From NCBI GenBank assembly GCA_017539905.1, contig JAFYBZ010000022.1:77191-141190 (forward strand): a stretch of 64,000 nt of DNA, in the 5' to 3' direction. The number at the start of each line of letters is the position of its first letter. Positions within the stretch are counted from its first letter, which is position 1. The stretch comes from Clostridia bacterium (lineage in GTDB: Bacteria; Bacillota; Clostridia; TANB77; UBA1234). Under the pieces are notes generated by a model. That model was not told where the DNA came from, searched no databases, and saw nothing but the letters and a program-made list of their open reading frames with translations. Below, piece by piece: positions 22,309-32,627 of this stretch. Both the position numbers and the translations under genes were made by a program.

Positions 22309-23424
22309 TTGGAAAACAAAGAACCAATAAGAATAGCACAAATAATTGGTAAATGGCTTGGCGGTGGCGTTGAAGCAGTAGTTATGAACTATTATCGCCA
22401 TATAGATAGAGAAAAGATCCAATTTGATTTTATCTGCGATAGTGATTCAACAAATATACCTTATGAAGAAATAGAAAGTTTAGGCGGAAAAGTGATATTA
22501 ATTCCACCTTACCAAAAAGTGTTTGAATATCAAAAAGAACTTCAAAGAGTGCTAAAAGCAGGAAAATACAAAATAGTACATTCACATATAAACACACTTT
22601 CAGTATTTCCATTAAGAGCTGCTAAAAAAGCGGGAGTTCCTGTGAGGATAGCACATAGTCATAGTACAAGTAATAAAAAAGAATGGAAAAAGAATTTGTT
22701 TAAGGCAGTTTTAAAGCCATTTGCAAAAACTTTTGCTACTCACTACTTTGCTTGTACAGAGCATGCTGGTAGATGGCTATTTGGTGATAAGGCATTTGAT
22801 GAAGGCAAAGTATTTGTACTTAACAATGCTATTGAAGTAGAAAAGTATCTATTCAATGAAGAAATTCGTAAAGAAAAAAGAGCAGAGATAGGACTTAAAG
22901 ATGTCGACATAGTTATAGGACATATTGGTAGATTTGTAGAACAAAAGAATCATAGATTTTTGATAGACGTATTTGATGCTTTATATAAAGAAAATAATAA
23001 TTACAAGCTAATCTTAATTGGTCAAGGTCCATTGATGGATGAAATGAAAGCAAAAACGAAAGCTTTTAATATAGAAAATGCAGTCTTCTTTTTAGGTCAA
23101 AAAGAGGATGCGCATAAATACTATAATGCATTTGATATATTCTTGTTTCCAAGTTTATATGAAGGGCTAGGAATGGTTGCAGTTGAAGCTCAATATAATG
23201 GACTTCCATGTGTGGCTTCTAACGAAGTGCCTGAGATTGCAAAAATAACAGATACATTTAAAACAATAGCTTTGCAAAGCGATGTTGAAACATGGAAAAA
23301 TGAGATAAAGCAAAGTGTTAAAGAAAAGATAGATAGAAATAACATAGAAGTCATAGATGATAAATATGATATTACAAAACAATCATACAAATTAGAAGAA
23401 CAATATATAGTATTTACATTTTAA
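22309..23424 (+). CDS. glycosyltransferase family 1 (GT4-type)
   Basis: TTG start after AGGGGG RBS; track starts 22252 and 22279 fall inside the promoter. IRIAQIIGKWLGGGVEAVVMNYYRHID and the EGLGMVAVEAQ signature. Confidence 0.85.
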   Translation: MENKEPIRIAQIIGKWLGGGVEAVVMNYYRHIDREKIQFDFICDSDSTNIPYEEIESLGGKVILIPPYQKVFEYQKELQRVLKAGKYKIVHSHINTLSVFPLRAAKKAGVPVRIAHSHSTSNKKEWKKNLFKAVLKPFAKTFATHYFACTEHAGRWLFGDKAFDEGKVFVLNNAIEVEKYLFNEEIRKEKRAEIGLKDVDIVIGHIGRFVEQKNHRFLIDVFDALYKENNNYKLILIGQGPLMDEMKAKTKAFNIENAVFFLGQKEDAHKYYNAFDIFLFPSLYEGLGMVAVEAQYNGLPCVASNEVPEIAKITDTFKTIALQSDVETWKNEIKQSVKEKIDRNNIEVIDDKYDITKQSYKLEEQYIVFTF

Positions 23425-23441
23425 AAATTAGGAGATATTAA

Positions 23442-24692
23442 ATGGAAAAAACAGAAAAGAAATATAACTTTCATTTTTATATCTTAATATTAACATTAGT
23501 ATTTAACTTTTGGTTTCCAAAAGCAGGCATTAAGCTTGCTGGTATCCCATTAACTGTTGGAAACGTTTTTTTGGCTTTTCTATTTATTGTATGGATTTTT
23601 AAAAAGCTATCTAGTAAATCATTAAAAGGAACTAAAGCGGGATTAATACTACTAATCTTTATTGCTTATTGCATAATTAAATTTTTAATTATAGGAAATT
23701 TACTAGAAAACATTGGTTTCATAATTCCTTTAATTATATATCCTTTAATTTTTTATATAGTTTATGATTGTATTGATAGTCACGATAAAATGGAAGCAGT
23801 ACTAAAAACTATTAGAATAGGTTTTTATATTATTACAATATATTCTATAATTCAATATATCTTTGGTATTACTAATACTGATATTCCTGGCTTGACTGTT
23901 AATTACTCTGATTATGTTGAATATGGTGATAGATGGTATTTGACTAAATCAAATGGTGTTACTTTTGAGAATGGTAAAATTGTAAGTACTTATCAAAACG
24001 GAAATTTATTTGGAATAAATATGCTATTGTTTTATCCATTAGTATATTTTTTCTATAAAAAGAATAATGATAACAAGAGACTATTAATATCATTTATATT
24101 ATTTGCTTTGTGTATTTTACTTTCTTTATCGAGAACGGCTTGGCTAGGATTGGTATTATTTATCTTACTTGGTGTATTAATGTTTAAAGACAATACTAAA
24201 AAATCTATTTTAATTAAAATAAACTTAATTGCATTGATTACTTGTGCAGTTTTAGCTGCTCTATTCTTTATTCCATCCGTTTCAAATCGACTATTTAATA
24301 CTTCACTATCTGGATGGATTTCAATGAGTGGAAGAACAGAAGGACTTTTAAACGTAATTAAATCATTAGTATCATCAGATAGTATTTTGGCTTGGTTAAT
24401 TGGCCCAGAGGGCATATCCAATTTTAATGGACTAGCATATGAGATGGGGCCATTATCAATTTTTGTGCAAATTGGAATTATTGGATTAGTTTTGTTTTAT
24501 TACATGATTATTAATTGCATTAATAAAATGAATAAAAGCAGTATTTTTCAGTATGCGATAAAATGCTCGCTTACAATGTGGTGCATATATGGTTGTATTG
24601 AATGCGGATTGTGGTTACCACCAACTGCATTAAACTTGTTTTTTGTATTAGCATTAGGTTATGTATATAAATATAAGGAAGTTGAAGAATAA
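23442..24692 (+). CDS. O-antigen polymerase/ligase-family membrane protein (Wzy-like)
   Basis: About 10 or more TM segments. LSLSRTAWLGLVLFILLG resembles the Wzy_C/O-antigen ligase motif. Confidence 0.75.
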   Translation: MEKTEKKYNFHFYILILTLVFNFWFPKAGIKLAGIPLTVGNVFLAFLFIVWIFKKLSSKSLKGTKAGLILLIFIAYCIIKFLIIGNLLENIGFIIPLIIYPLIFYIVYDCIDSHDKMEAVLKTIRIGFYIITIYSIIQYIFGITNTDIPGLTVNYSDYVEYGDRWYLTKSNGVTFENGKIVSTYQNGNLFGINMLLFYPLVYFFYKKNNDNKRLLISFILFALCILLSLSRTAWLGLVLFILLGVLMFKDNTKKSILIKINLIALITCAVLAALFFIPSVSNRLFNTSLSGWISMSGRTEGLLNVIKSLVSSDSILAWLIGPEGISNFNGLAYEMGPLSIFVQIGIIGLVLFYYMIINCINKMNKSSIFQYAIKCSLTMWCIYGCIECGLWLPPTALNLFFVLALGYVYKYKEVEE

Positions 24693-25903
24693 TGAGTTTA
24701 GCTATTATAACTGGAGGCTTTTTGCCAGTGCCTGCCTCAAAAGGAGGCGCTGTTGAAAACCTTATAGAGAACTTTATAAATATGAATGAAATCAAAAATG
24801 ATATAAAATTGACAGTTTTTTCTACTTATGATGTTAATGCTGAGAGGATTTCAAAAAATTATAAATATACAAAATGCATTTTTTATAAGGTTAATCCTAT
24901 ATGTAAGGTTTTGGATAGCATGATTTTTTTCTTTGCTAAAAACATTTTAAGAAAAAAGAATTGTCATAGTTATAGATTTATTATGCAAAGATTAGACTTT
25001 TTAAATAAAGTAAGTAGAAATCTTAAAAATTATGATTATGATAAAGTATTGTTAGAAAATCATCCTACTTTGTATTTGGCTCTTAAATGGAGAAAGAATT
25101 ATATAAAATATGATGGAAGGTATTATTATCATTGTCATAATGAATTTCCGGGCACATATGGATGTAAAAATATTATAGATAAAACTAAGAAATTTATATC
25201 AGTTAGCGAATATAGACAAAACAATATTAAGCAATATTTGAATAACCAATGTGATTATATTGTGGTTAAAAATGGTATCGATACTTCTAAATTTACTAAA
25301 GATTTGTCAAAAGAAAGAAATATTGAACTTAGAAAAAAGTATAATATAAGTATTGGTGAAAAAATCATTATTTTTGTTGGAAGATTGATAGAAGGTAAAG
25401 GAGCACATATTCTTTTAGAGTCATTAGAATATGTTAAATCAAATGATTATAAAGTTTTAATTGTGGGTTCTGCACTTAACGCACATAATGTAATGACTTC
25501 GTATGAAGAAAAAATATTAAAATTAGCTGAAAAGTATAAAGATAAAGTAAGATTTACCGGATTTGTAAATTATGATGATTTGTATGAAATGTACAAATTA
25601 GCTTATTTAGCTGTGTTACCTTCATTTCTAGGAGATTCAGCACCATTAACAGTTATTGAATCTATTATTTGCAATGTGCCATTAATAACAACAAATGATG
25701 GAGGAATCCCTGAATATGTAAACAAAGATTGTGCGATTATAATTGATACAAATACTGAATTGAAAAAAGAAATTGGTGAATCAATAGATTTTTTAGTTAA
25801 TAACAAATCTGTTGTAAATAAAATGTCATTAGCTACTCAAGTATTTGCAAAAGAATATACAATTGACAATTATTATAAAGAGTTTATTAATAGTATTAAA
25901 TAA
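24692..25903 (+). CDS. glycosyltransferase family 1
   Basis: TAATG overlap with the previous gene. GGFLPVPASKGGAVENL, FVGRLIEGKG, DSAPLTVIESI. Confidence 0.85.
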   Translation: MSLAIITGGFLPVPASKGGAVENLIENFINMNEIKNDIKLTVFSTYDVNAERISKNYKYTKCIFYKVNPICKVLDSMIFFFAKNILRKKNCHSYRFIMQRLDFLNKVSRNLKNYDYDKVLLENHPTLYLALKWRKNYIKYDGRYYYHCHNEFPGTYGCKNIIDKTKKFISVSEYRQNNIKQYLNNQCDYIVVKNGIDTSKFTKDLSKERNIELRKKYNISIGEKIIIFVGRLIEGKGAHILLESLEYVKSNDYKVLIVGSALNAHNVMTSYEEKILKLAEKYKDKVRFTGFVNYDDLYEMYKLAYLAVLPSFLGDSAPLTVIESIICNVPLITTNDGGIPEYVNKDCAIIIDTNTELKKEIGESIDFLVNNKSVVNKMSLATQVFAKEYTIDNYYKEFINSIK

Positions 25904-25915
25904 AAGGACTGTAAT

Positions 25916-26917
25916 ATGAAACAGAATAGTATTCTAATATCAGTGATTATTCCCGTTTATAATGTTGAAAAATATTTAAATGAATGTATCGATTCGGTTA
26001 TTAATAGTACTTATAAAGATTTAGAAATTATTTTAGTTGATGATGGTTCATCTGATAATTGTCCACAAATTTGTGATAAATATGCTTGTATGGACAATAG
26101 AATAAAAGTAATTCATAAGGAAAATGAAGGATTAAGTTCTGCTAGAAATGAGGGAATTAATATTGCAAATGGCGATTATATTTCTTTCATTGATTCGGAT
26201 GATTATATTTCTACTAATTTGTACGAAATAGCTGTTGATATTATTAATGAGCAGAACTGTGATATATTTTCGTTTGGATATTATCTAAAATACGGAAACA
26301 AGAATAAATTTAAACTTAAACCTAATACTTTTTTAGTATTAAAACCATATGAGGCTATAGAAAAATTAAATTTATTTGATTATATGGGAGTTTCTTCTTG
26401 GAATAAAATTTTTAAAAAATCATTATTTAGTAATATTAGGTTTCCAGTTGGAGCCTTGTCTGAGGATAACTTTACAATTTATAAATTATTTGATAATGCA
26501 AATAGTATTATTTATGATTCGATTCCATTATATTATTATAGGCAAAGAAAAAATAGTATTACTACAAAAACATCATTTGTAAATGATTTTCCAATAAGAG
26601 CTGATTTCGAAATGCTTTCTTTTGTAGAAGAGAATTACCCTCAAATAATTCTAAGTGCAAAATCAAGATTTGTGTTTGATTCGATTGGCGTTTATAATTG
26701 TTATTTGACTAATACAACTAGTTTGAAAGACTACAAGAATATAATATTTGATAGCATTATGATATATTATAAAGATTTAATAAAATATGTAGAATTACCA
26801 ATTTCGAGAAGAATACAATTGTTTATATTTAAAAATTTTAATTTATTATATAATTTTATTATAATACTCTATAGAAAAATCAAATTACTAAGAATTATTA
26901 AAAACGATATTTATTAG
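25916..26917 (+). CDS. glycosyltransferase family 2
   Basis: ISVIIPVYNVEKYLNECIDSV...LEIILVDDGSSDN...FIDSDD. Confidence 0.9.
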   Translation: MKQNSILISVIIPVYNVEKYLNECIDSVINSTYKDLEIILVDDGSSDNCPQICDKYACMDNRIKVIHKENEGLSSARNEGINIANGDYISFIDSDDYISTNLYEIAVDIINEQNCDIFSFGYYLKYGNKNKFKLKPNTFLVLKPYEAIEKLNLFDYMGVSSWNKIFKKSLFSNIRFPVGALSEDNFTIYKLFDNANSIIYDSIPLYYYRQRKNSITTKTSFVNDFPIRADFEMLSFVEENYPQIILSAKSRFVFDSIGVYNCYLTNTTSLKDYKNIIFDSIMIYYKDLIKYVELPISRRIQLFIFKNFNLLYNFIIILYRKIKLLRIIKNDIY

Positions 26918-26928
26918 GTAGGTGAATT

Positions 26929-27900
26929 ATGAATAAAAATGTATTATTTGATACATCATCTGGGTCATTAAATATGGGCGATTTTATTATAGTTAGATCT
27001 GTTGAAAACGAGTTAAACAATATACTAAATAATGGATTTTTAGTAAAGTTTCCTACTCATACCCCAGTTTGTCACTTTTATCAGTGTGTTAAAAGAAATG
27101 GCGCTATAAAATATTTTGATAAAGCTAAATATAAATTTATTGCTGGTACCAATCTTCTAAATTATAATATGTTATTACCTTGGAATAATTGGAATATTAA
27201 TATATTTAATAAAAGACCATATGTAAATTCTATTCTTGTTGGAGCTGGAATGAATCCAAATAGTAAACATATTAATTTATATACCAAATTTCTATTTAAG
27301 CATGTTTTGTCAAAAGATTATATTCATTCATGTAGAGATCAAAGAACTACGGATTTTTTAACTAATTTAGGTTTTAAAGCTATAAATACCGGATGCGCAA
27401 CTATGTGGTGCTTGACGGATAGCTTTTGTAAGAATATACCTATACATAAAGCTTCAAGTGTAGTCTTTACACTAACAGATTATGATAAGGACAATGATAA
27501 GGATCAAAAATTAATTAATACTTTAATTAAAAATTATGAAAATGTGTATTTTTGGATACAAGGTTCTAATGATTATGATTATTTGAAATCATTTAATAAC
27601 ATTAATAATATCAATATTATTTCTTCTCAATTAGATTATTATGATAAGATTTTAAATGAAACGGAAATTGATTATGTAGGAACAAGATTACATGCTGGAA
27701 TATTTGCACTACAGCATAAAAAAAGGACAATAATAATTGCTGTTGATAATAGGACTAAAGATATTAAACAAAGTTACAATATTATTTCTTTGGATAGAGA
27801 TGAAATTGAAAAATTGGATGAGTTAATAAATACAGATTTTGAAACAAATATTCACATTAATTTTGATTTAATAAATCAATGGAAAATGCAATTTAAGTAA
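26929..27900 (+). CDS. polysaccharide pyruvyl transferase family protein
   Basis: GSLNMGDFII near the N-terminus and GTRLHAGIFALQHKKRTIIIAVDNR near the C-terminus resemble WcaK/ExoV/CsaB-type enzymes. Confidence 0.65.
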   Translation: MNKNVLFDTSSGSLNMGDFIIVRSVENELNNILNNGFLVKFPTHTPVCHFYQCVKRNGAIKYFDKAKYKFIAGTNLLNYNMLLPWNNWNINIFNKRPYVNSILVGAGMNPNSKHINLYTKFLFKHVLSKDYIHSCRDQRTTDFLTNLGFKAINTGCATMWCLTDSFCKNIPIHKASSVVFTLTDYDKDNDKDQKLINTLIKNYENVYFWIQGSNDYDYLKSFNNINNINIISSQLDYYDKILNETEIDYVGTRLHAGIFALQHKKRTIIIAVDNRTKDIKQSYNIISLDRDEIEKLDELINTDFETNIHINFDLINQWKMQFK

Positions 27901-27956
27901 TATAATAAATAATTGATATTATAATTATTTAACAATGATTGGGGGATTCTGTTTAA

Positions 27957-28670
27957 ATGAATTATTTAAAGAATTTGTTGCTATGGTTAAAGTTTGGTCC
28001 GAAATCAAATAGTAAAAGTTTTGTCAAGTATTTAAAAAATAAAGGAATTAAAATTGGTAATAACTGTGAATTTAATTCTCCGTGGACTACTATTGTTGAT
28101 TATAGTAAACCTTGGTTATTACAGATTGGAAATAATGTTGTTTTTTCATCTAAAATAACTATTTTGACTCATGATGGATCGTGGAGGGTTTTACATAATT
28201 TATATGGTGATGTTTTAGGTTCAACTGGTAAAGTAATAATCGGAAATAACGTATTTGTAGGTATGGGGAGTACTATTTTAAAAAATGTAACAATTGGAGA
28301 TAATGTAATTATTGGGGCAGAGAGTCTTGTTACGAGAGATTTGGATAGTAATTTTGTTTACGCAGGCTCTCCTGCAAAAAAAATTATGTCAATCGAAGAT
28401 TTTTATAATAAGAGACAAAACCTGCAAAAGAGTGAATTGCTAAATAACCTAAATTTGTATATACTAGCAAATAAAAAGAAACCTTCTGAAGTATTGTTTA
28501 AAGAGTATTTTTTTCAATTTATAGATAGAAATCAAGACCTAAACAAATATTATAAAGAATACTTACAATATGGAGATAATTATTTGCTGTCTTTAAATAG
28601 ATTTAAAGAAACAAAAAATAGTTATAGTAGCTTTAATGGATTATTGAATGAGGTTATGAGGGATGAATAA
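27957..28670 (+). CDS. hexapeptide-repeat (LbH) acetyltransferase
   Basis: IGNNVFVGMGSTILKNVTIGDNVIIGAESLVTRDL. Confidence 0.8.
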   Translation: MNYLKNLLLWLKFGPKSNSKSFVKYLKNKGIKIGNNCEFNSPWTTIVDYSKPWLLQIGNNVVFSSKITILTHDGSWRVLHNLYGDVLGSTGKVIIGNNVFVGMGSTILKNVTIGDNVIIGAESLVTRDLDSNFVYAGSPAKKIMSIEDFYNKRQNLQKSELLNNLNLYILANKKKPSEVLFKEYFFQFIDRNQDLNKYYKEYLQYGDNYLLSLNRFKETKNSYSSFNGLLNEVMRDE

Positions 28671-30126
28671 CAAAAAAATTTTTATAGATTCTGGAATATA
28701 CTTTTTGGGGTCAATCTTAGCTGCTGTTTTAGGTTTTGTTGTATCTTTAGTATACTCATACTATTTTGATCCAAGTGATTATGGAAACCATTCTCTTGTT
28801 TCAAGCACATATATGCTGTTATCTCAATTTTTTGGAATTTGGTTAAGTACGGGTTTATTGAGATTTTATGAAAAATATAAAAATATTAATAGATCTGATG
28901 AACTGTTAACATCTATATATGGCATCCAATTTATTATATCTTTAGTATTTGTAATTATTTTTAATATTGGCAATTTTTTTGTTTCAAATAATCATCTATT
29001 ACAAATAATTTTAGTTATTTATTCATTAGTTTTTTATTTTGAATATAACATTCTTATTACCAATACAACTTTAAGATGTACCAAAAAAGTAAAAAAGTAT
29101 AATATAAATATTGTTTTAAATAACTTTCTAAAGGTATTTGTTGTACTATTTATTATTTTTGTTTTAAATTTCAAGTCAATAGTTGCTATTTCACTTAGCA
29201 TATTATTATCGGAACTAATACAGTATTTATTGTTTCTTTTTTCATATAAACTATATAAGTATTTTAACTTTAAACTTTTTAGATTTGAGATTGTTAAAGA
29301 ATTATTTATGTATGGTTTTCCTTTGATTGGCACTACAATTACAGGATGGATTTTAAATGTATCAGATCGTTATATTATTAGATTACTACGTGATTCAAAA
29401 GAAGTTGGTCTGTATTCATATTCTTATCTTTTAGGAAATAATTTATTTTGGCTTTTAGCAAATTTCATAATGTTAGGTGCTTATCCCAACTTTGTTGAAT
29501 GCTTTGAAAAGGGCAATATAACGACTTTAAAAGAACTTTTTAAAAAATATATCAATTTGTATTTACTAATAATAATTCCTTGTTGTTTTGGAGTTATAGG
29601 TGTTTCAAAATTGTTTTTCTCGATTTTTACTGCATCACAATATCATGAAGGTTATATTGTTTTCATTATCACGGGATGTGGTATAAGTTTTTTGGGACTT
29701 TGCCAATTTTTAAATAAAGTATTTGAATTATATAAAAATACAAAAACTATTTTTATTCTTAATGTATGTACCTCTATTTTTAATATATTATTTAATTTTA
29801 TATTTATTAATTATTGGGGGTATATTGGCGGTGCCATTTCAACACTTATGTCATATGTTTTATATTTTATAATAGCATTAGTTATTTCTAAGAAGTATAT
29901 AGAATTAGATTGGGATTGTATTAGTATTTTTAAATTTTTATTGTCCGGATTGTTAATGCTTTCTTTCATTACATTGTTTTTACATTTTATTAATTTAAAT
30001 AACGATATATTGCAATTGATAATTTGCTTAATTATTGGAATAGTATCTTATTTTACCTTTTTATTGCTTTTTAAAGGGATTAAAAAAGAAAGTATTACTG
30101 AAATAATAAAATTAGTTAGACATTAA
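28663..30126 (+). CDS. oligosaccharide flippase (Wzx/MOP family)
   Basis: 487 aa and about 12-14 TM segments. Overlaps the previous stop. Position in the locus fits. Confidence 0.8.
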   Translation: MNNKKIFIDSGIYFLGSILAAVLGFVVSLVYSYYFDPSDYGNHSLVSSTYMLLSQFFGIWLSTGLLRFYEKYKNINRSDELLTSIYGIQFIISLVFVIIFNIGNFFVSNNHLLQIILVIYSLVFYFEYNILITNTTLRCTKKVKKYNINIVLNNFLKVFVVLFIIFVLNFKSIVAISLSILLSELIQYLLFLFSYKLYKYFNFKLFRFEIVKELFMYGFPLIGTTITGWILNVSDRYIIRLLRDSKEVGLYSYSYLLGNNLFWLLANFIMLGAYPNFVECFEKGNITTLKELFKKYINLYLLIIIPCCFGVIGVSKLFFSIFTASQYHEGYIVFIITGCGISFLGLCQFLNKVFELYKNTKTIFILNVCTSIFNILFNFIFINYWGYIGGAISTLMSYVLYFIIALVISKKYIELDWDCISIFKFLLSGLLMLSFITLFLHFINLNNDILQLIICLIIGIVSYFTFLLLFKGIKKESITEIIKLVRH

Positions 30127-30221
30127 TTAATAAGTATAATCGAGTATTTTTATTATTATTCTGACATTTTTCACATTAGGGTATCTATTTGTTCAACAAA
30201 TAAAATTGAATATTGAAATTG

Positions 30222-30259
30222 AGCCATTTCTGAGCTTAAAGCTGTGGAATGGCTTTTTA
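30222..30259 (+). terminator. terminator after the flippase gene
   Basis: agccatt ... aatggct hairpin (inner agctt/aagct) plus T5. Confidence 0.6.
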
Positions 30260-30261
30260 TG

Positions 30262-30290
30262 TTGACATGAATTTAGCTATTTGATATATT
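30262..30290 (+). promoter_or_regulatory. sigma-A promoter of the HEPN cassette
   Basis: TTGACA, 17 nt, TATATT. Confidence 0.55.
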
Positions 30291-30318
30291 ACTAAAAAGA
30301 TAATTTAAGAGGGATTTA

Positions 30319-31353
30319 ATGAATTTAGAGTATATAATTGTAAAGAAAAAAGACAAAAATATTGAAAATAAAGATCAATTTATTTCTTTGCTTAATGAAA
30401 ATTCTTATTTTAAAATAACTCCTAAAGCAAAGTATTTTTATTATAATGAGCTTAGATTTAATTCATCTATTACTGAATCTTCAACAAAAAATAATGATAT
30501 TATGTTGATCATTAATATTCGATGCGACGAAAATACTTCTATTAAGGATTTTGAAGCGTTTGATAAAGAGCTTTTGGATTATTTAAGTAATAAAATGGGT
30601 TATACTTCTATTAATAGATTATGTGATGAAATCTCTACATATTATTCTCAGTTATCATATCCTCGTGTATCAAAAATAGAATATCTACTTAGAAAGGTTA
30701 TTTATGTCTTTTTAACAAATAATCTTGGCGTTAAATGGACTGAACCAATTCCTGATGTTGTTAAAAACTCCATTAATCAAACAAAAAATTATAGTAAAAA
30801 TATGAATAGCAAATATGAATTTGGTTATTTGTCATATGCTGATTTTAATGATTTGATTGTCTTACTTTTCTTAAAATATCCTAATAATATAATTGATAAC
30901 AATGAACTGGTTGAATTGATTAAAAATGCTAATGATAAGGAACTTAAGGATATTATTAAGAAATATGAGCATAAGTCAAATTGGGATCGATATTTTTCTA
31001 AGTCTTATAAAAATGTTGATTTAGAAGATAGCTTGAAATCATTCTATAAATACAGAAATAGAATAGCTCATAATAGACTAATTAGAAGTAATGATTATGA
31101 TGAATTTGTTAGATTGTATCGCCATATTGAATATAATCTGAATGATATATTAAATAGTATTGATAAGATTAAAATACAAAAGAAAGATATTCATTTAATA
31201 AGTAAGAGATTGAACGATTATATTGTTAACAGCAGTTCAAATATTCAGGCATTTATGGAACATATTAGGGAAAATATTATGCCACAAGTTAATAGTTTAT
31301 CTGAAATATTAAATAAGCAAGCTATTGTTAATATAATGCACTTAATGAGTTGA
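30319..31353 (+). CDS. Swt1-like HEPN domain protein with an unknown N-terminal domain (344 aa)
   Basis: SKIEYLLRKVIYVFLTNNLGVKW ... SFYKYRNRIAHNRLI (R-x4-H). Confidence 0.65.
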   Translation: MNLEYIIVKKKDKNIENKDQFISLLNENSYFKITPKAKYFYYNELRFNSSITESSTKNNDIMLIINIRCDENTSIKDFEAFDKELLDYLSNKMGYTSINRLCDEISTYYSQLSYPRVSKIEYLLRKVIYVFLTNNLGVKWTEPIPDVVKNSINQTKNYSKNMNSKYEFGYLSYADFNDLIVLLFLKYPNNIIDNNELVELIKNANDKELKDIIKKYEHKSNWDRYFSKSYKNVDLEDSLKSFYKYRNRIAHNRLIRSNDYDEFVRLYRHIEYNLNDILNSIDKIKIQKKDIHLISKRLNDYIVNSSSNIQAFMEHIRENIMPQVNSLSEILNKQAIVNIMHLMS

Positions 31354-31499
31354 TGGATTCTCATGAGTTTAAGAATAAGATGGAACGAGTTAGGGATAGT
31401 ATAGAGGATTTGAAGGGGAAGGTGGATGGAGTGAATCTTAGAAGTGTGGGAATAGGGAGTTATGAGGAGTTAATAAGTAACGAAGGAGACAATGTTTAA
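31353..31499 (+). CDS. small ORF (48 aa), translationally coupled candidate
   Basis: ATG overlaps the upstream stop (TGATG). Purine-rich. MDSHEFKNKMERVRDSIEDLKGKVDGVNLRSVGIGSYEELISNEGDNV. Below the ORF-track size cut-off. Confidence 0.35.
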   Translation: MDSHEFKNKMERVRDSIEDLKGKVDGVNLRSVGIGSYEELISNEGDNV

Positions 31500-31518
31500 T
31501 AGATTTGGAGGTTTTAAT

Positions 31519-31680
31519 ATGAATGATAGATTAGCATATGATTTACTTGTAGATTATTTGAAATATATAATTGATCAAGGAATAAATAAAGATATCCGTT
31601 TTAATGAAGCTCAGAAAGAGTTATTAAAAAATGGGATTGATTTGTATTGCGAAGAGTTGAAGAGGATGAATGGGAAATAG
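31519..31680 (+). CDS. small ORF (53 aa)
   Basis: GGAGG RBS 8 nt upstream of ATG 31519. MNDRLAYDLLVDYLKYIIDQG... Confidence 0.45.
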   Translation: MNDRLAYDLLVDYLKYIIDQGINKDIRFNEAQKELLKNGIDLYCEELKRMNGK

Positions 31681-31718
31681 AGATAGGCAAGTTTTTTATA
31701 ATAAAGGATGTTGATATT

Positions 31719-32627
31719 ATGGAATTTGAATTAGATTTACTTAGAAATTCTTATGATTACTTAAAAGAATCATTAGAATATTATAGCAAAATTGGTTATG
31801 ATGAATCTCATGATCCAGAAAGAGAAAATATGAATTTAAAAATCAAATGGAAAACTACTTTTTTGTTGTTGGTTCAAGCAATTGAATTACTTTTAAAAGA
31901 AAAACTTTCAAGAATCAGTCCAATTTTAATATATGACAACATTGATAATATTTCTATAAATAATCCTAAGACAATATCTTACAAAAATTCAATTAATAGA
32001 TTAAAATATTTGAAACCCAAATTATTGAAAGATGAGGATGCAAAATTTTTGATTAAATGTGGAGACATAAGAAATGATTTTGTGCATTATAAGGTAAAAC
32101 TTAATTCAATTGATATTAAAAAGAAGTACTGTAAATTGTTTGAATTATATGTCAATTTACATTCAAAATTTTTTAATAATAAGTACAAGAACTATAAGTA
32201 CAGAGGACAAATTTTGCAAATTCTTGAATTTGCAAAAGGATTTGAGATATTTAGAGGACAAGAATATTCGAAAAAAGGACTAAATAGAGTTAAAGCTGAT
32301 TTAAAAGAAGGGCAAGAAATGTCATTTATGTATAATGACAATGAATTTTTTGAAAGAATTAGATATGGAAATGAAAAGTATTTGTTAAATAAGCTAGGAA
32401 TGAATGATTTTTATTATAATAAAACATATAAGTATTGTGGCGATTGTTTGGCAACAATTGGCGAATATCATATGGTAGAGTGTGATTGGGAACTATGTCC
32501 AAAGTGTGGAGATCAACTTATAACATGTGATTGTTTCAAAGGGTACTGTAGTATTGAGTATACAAAAGAGAATTCAGAAAATAAATCGCTAACATTAACA
32601 AATGATTTTGCTATTAATAAAGAATGA
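31719..32627 (+). CDS. HEPN domain protein with C-terminal zinc-ribbon-like Cys cluster (302 aa)
   Basis: ATG 31719 after AAAGGA. AIELLLKEKL ... CGDIRNDFVHYKV (R-x4-H). The tail is CGDC...ECDWELCPKCGDQLITCDC. Confidence 0.6.
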   Translation: MEFELDLLRNSYDYLKESLEYYSKIGYDESHDPERENMNLKIKWKTTFLLLVQAIELLLKEKLSRISPILIYDNIDNISINNPKTISYKNSINRLKYLKPKLLKDEDAKFLIKCGDIRNDFVHYKVKLNSIDIKKKYCKLFELYVNLHSKFFNNKYKNYKYRGQILQILEFAKGFEIFRGQEYSKKGLNRVKADLKEGQEMSFMYNDNEFFERIRYGNEKYLLNKLGMNDFYYNKTYKYCGDCLATIGEYHMVECDWELCPKCGDQLITCDCFKGYCSIEYTKENSENKSLTLTNDFAINKE

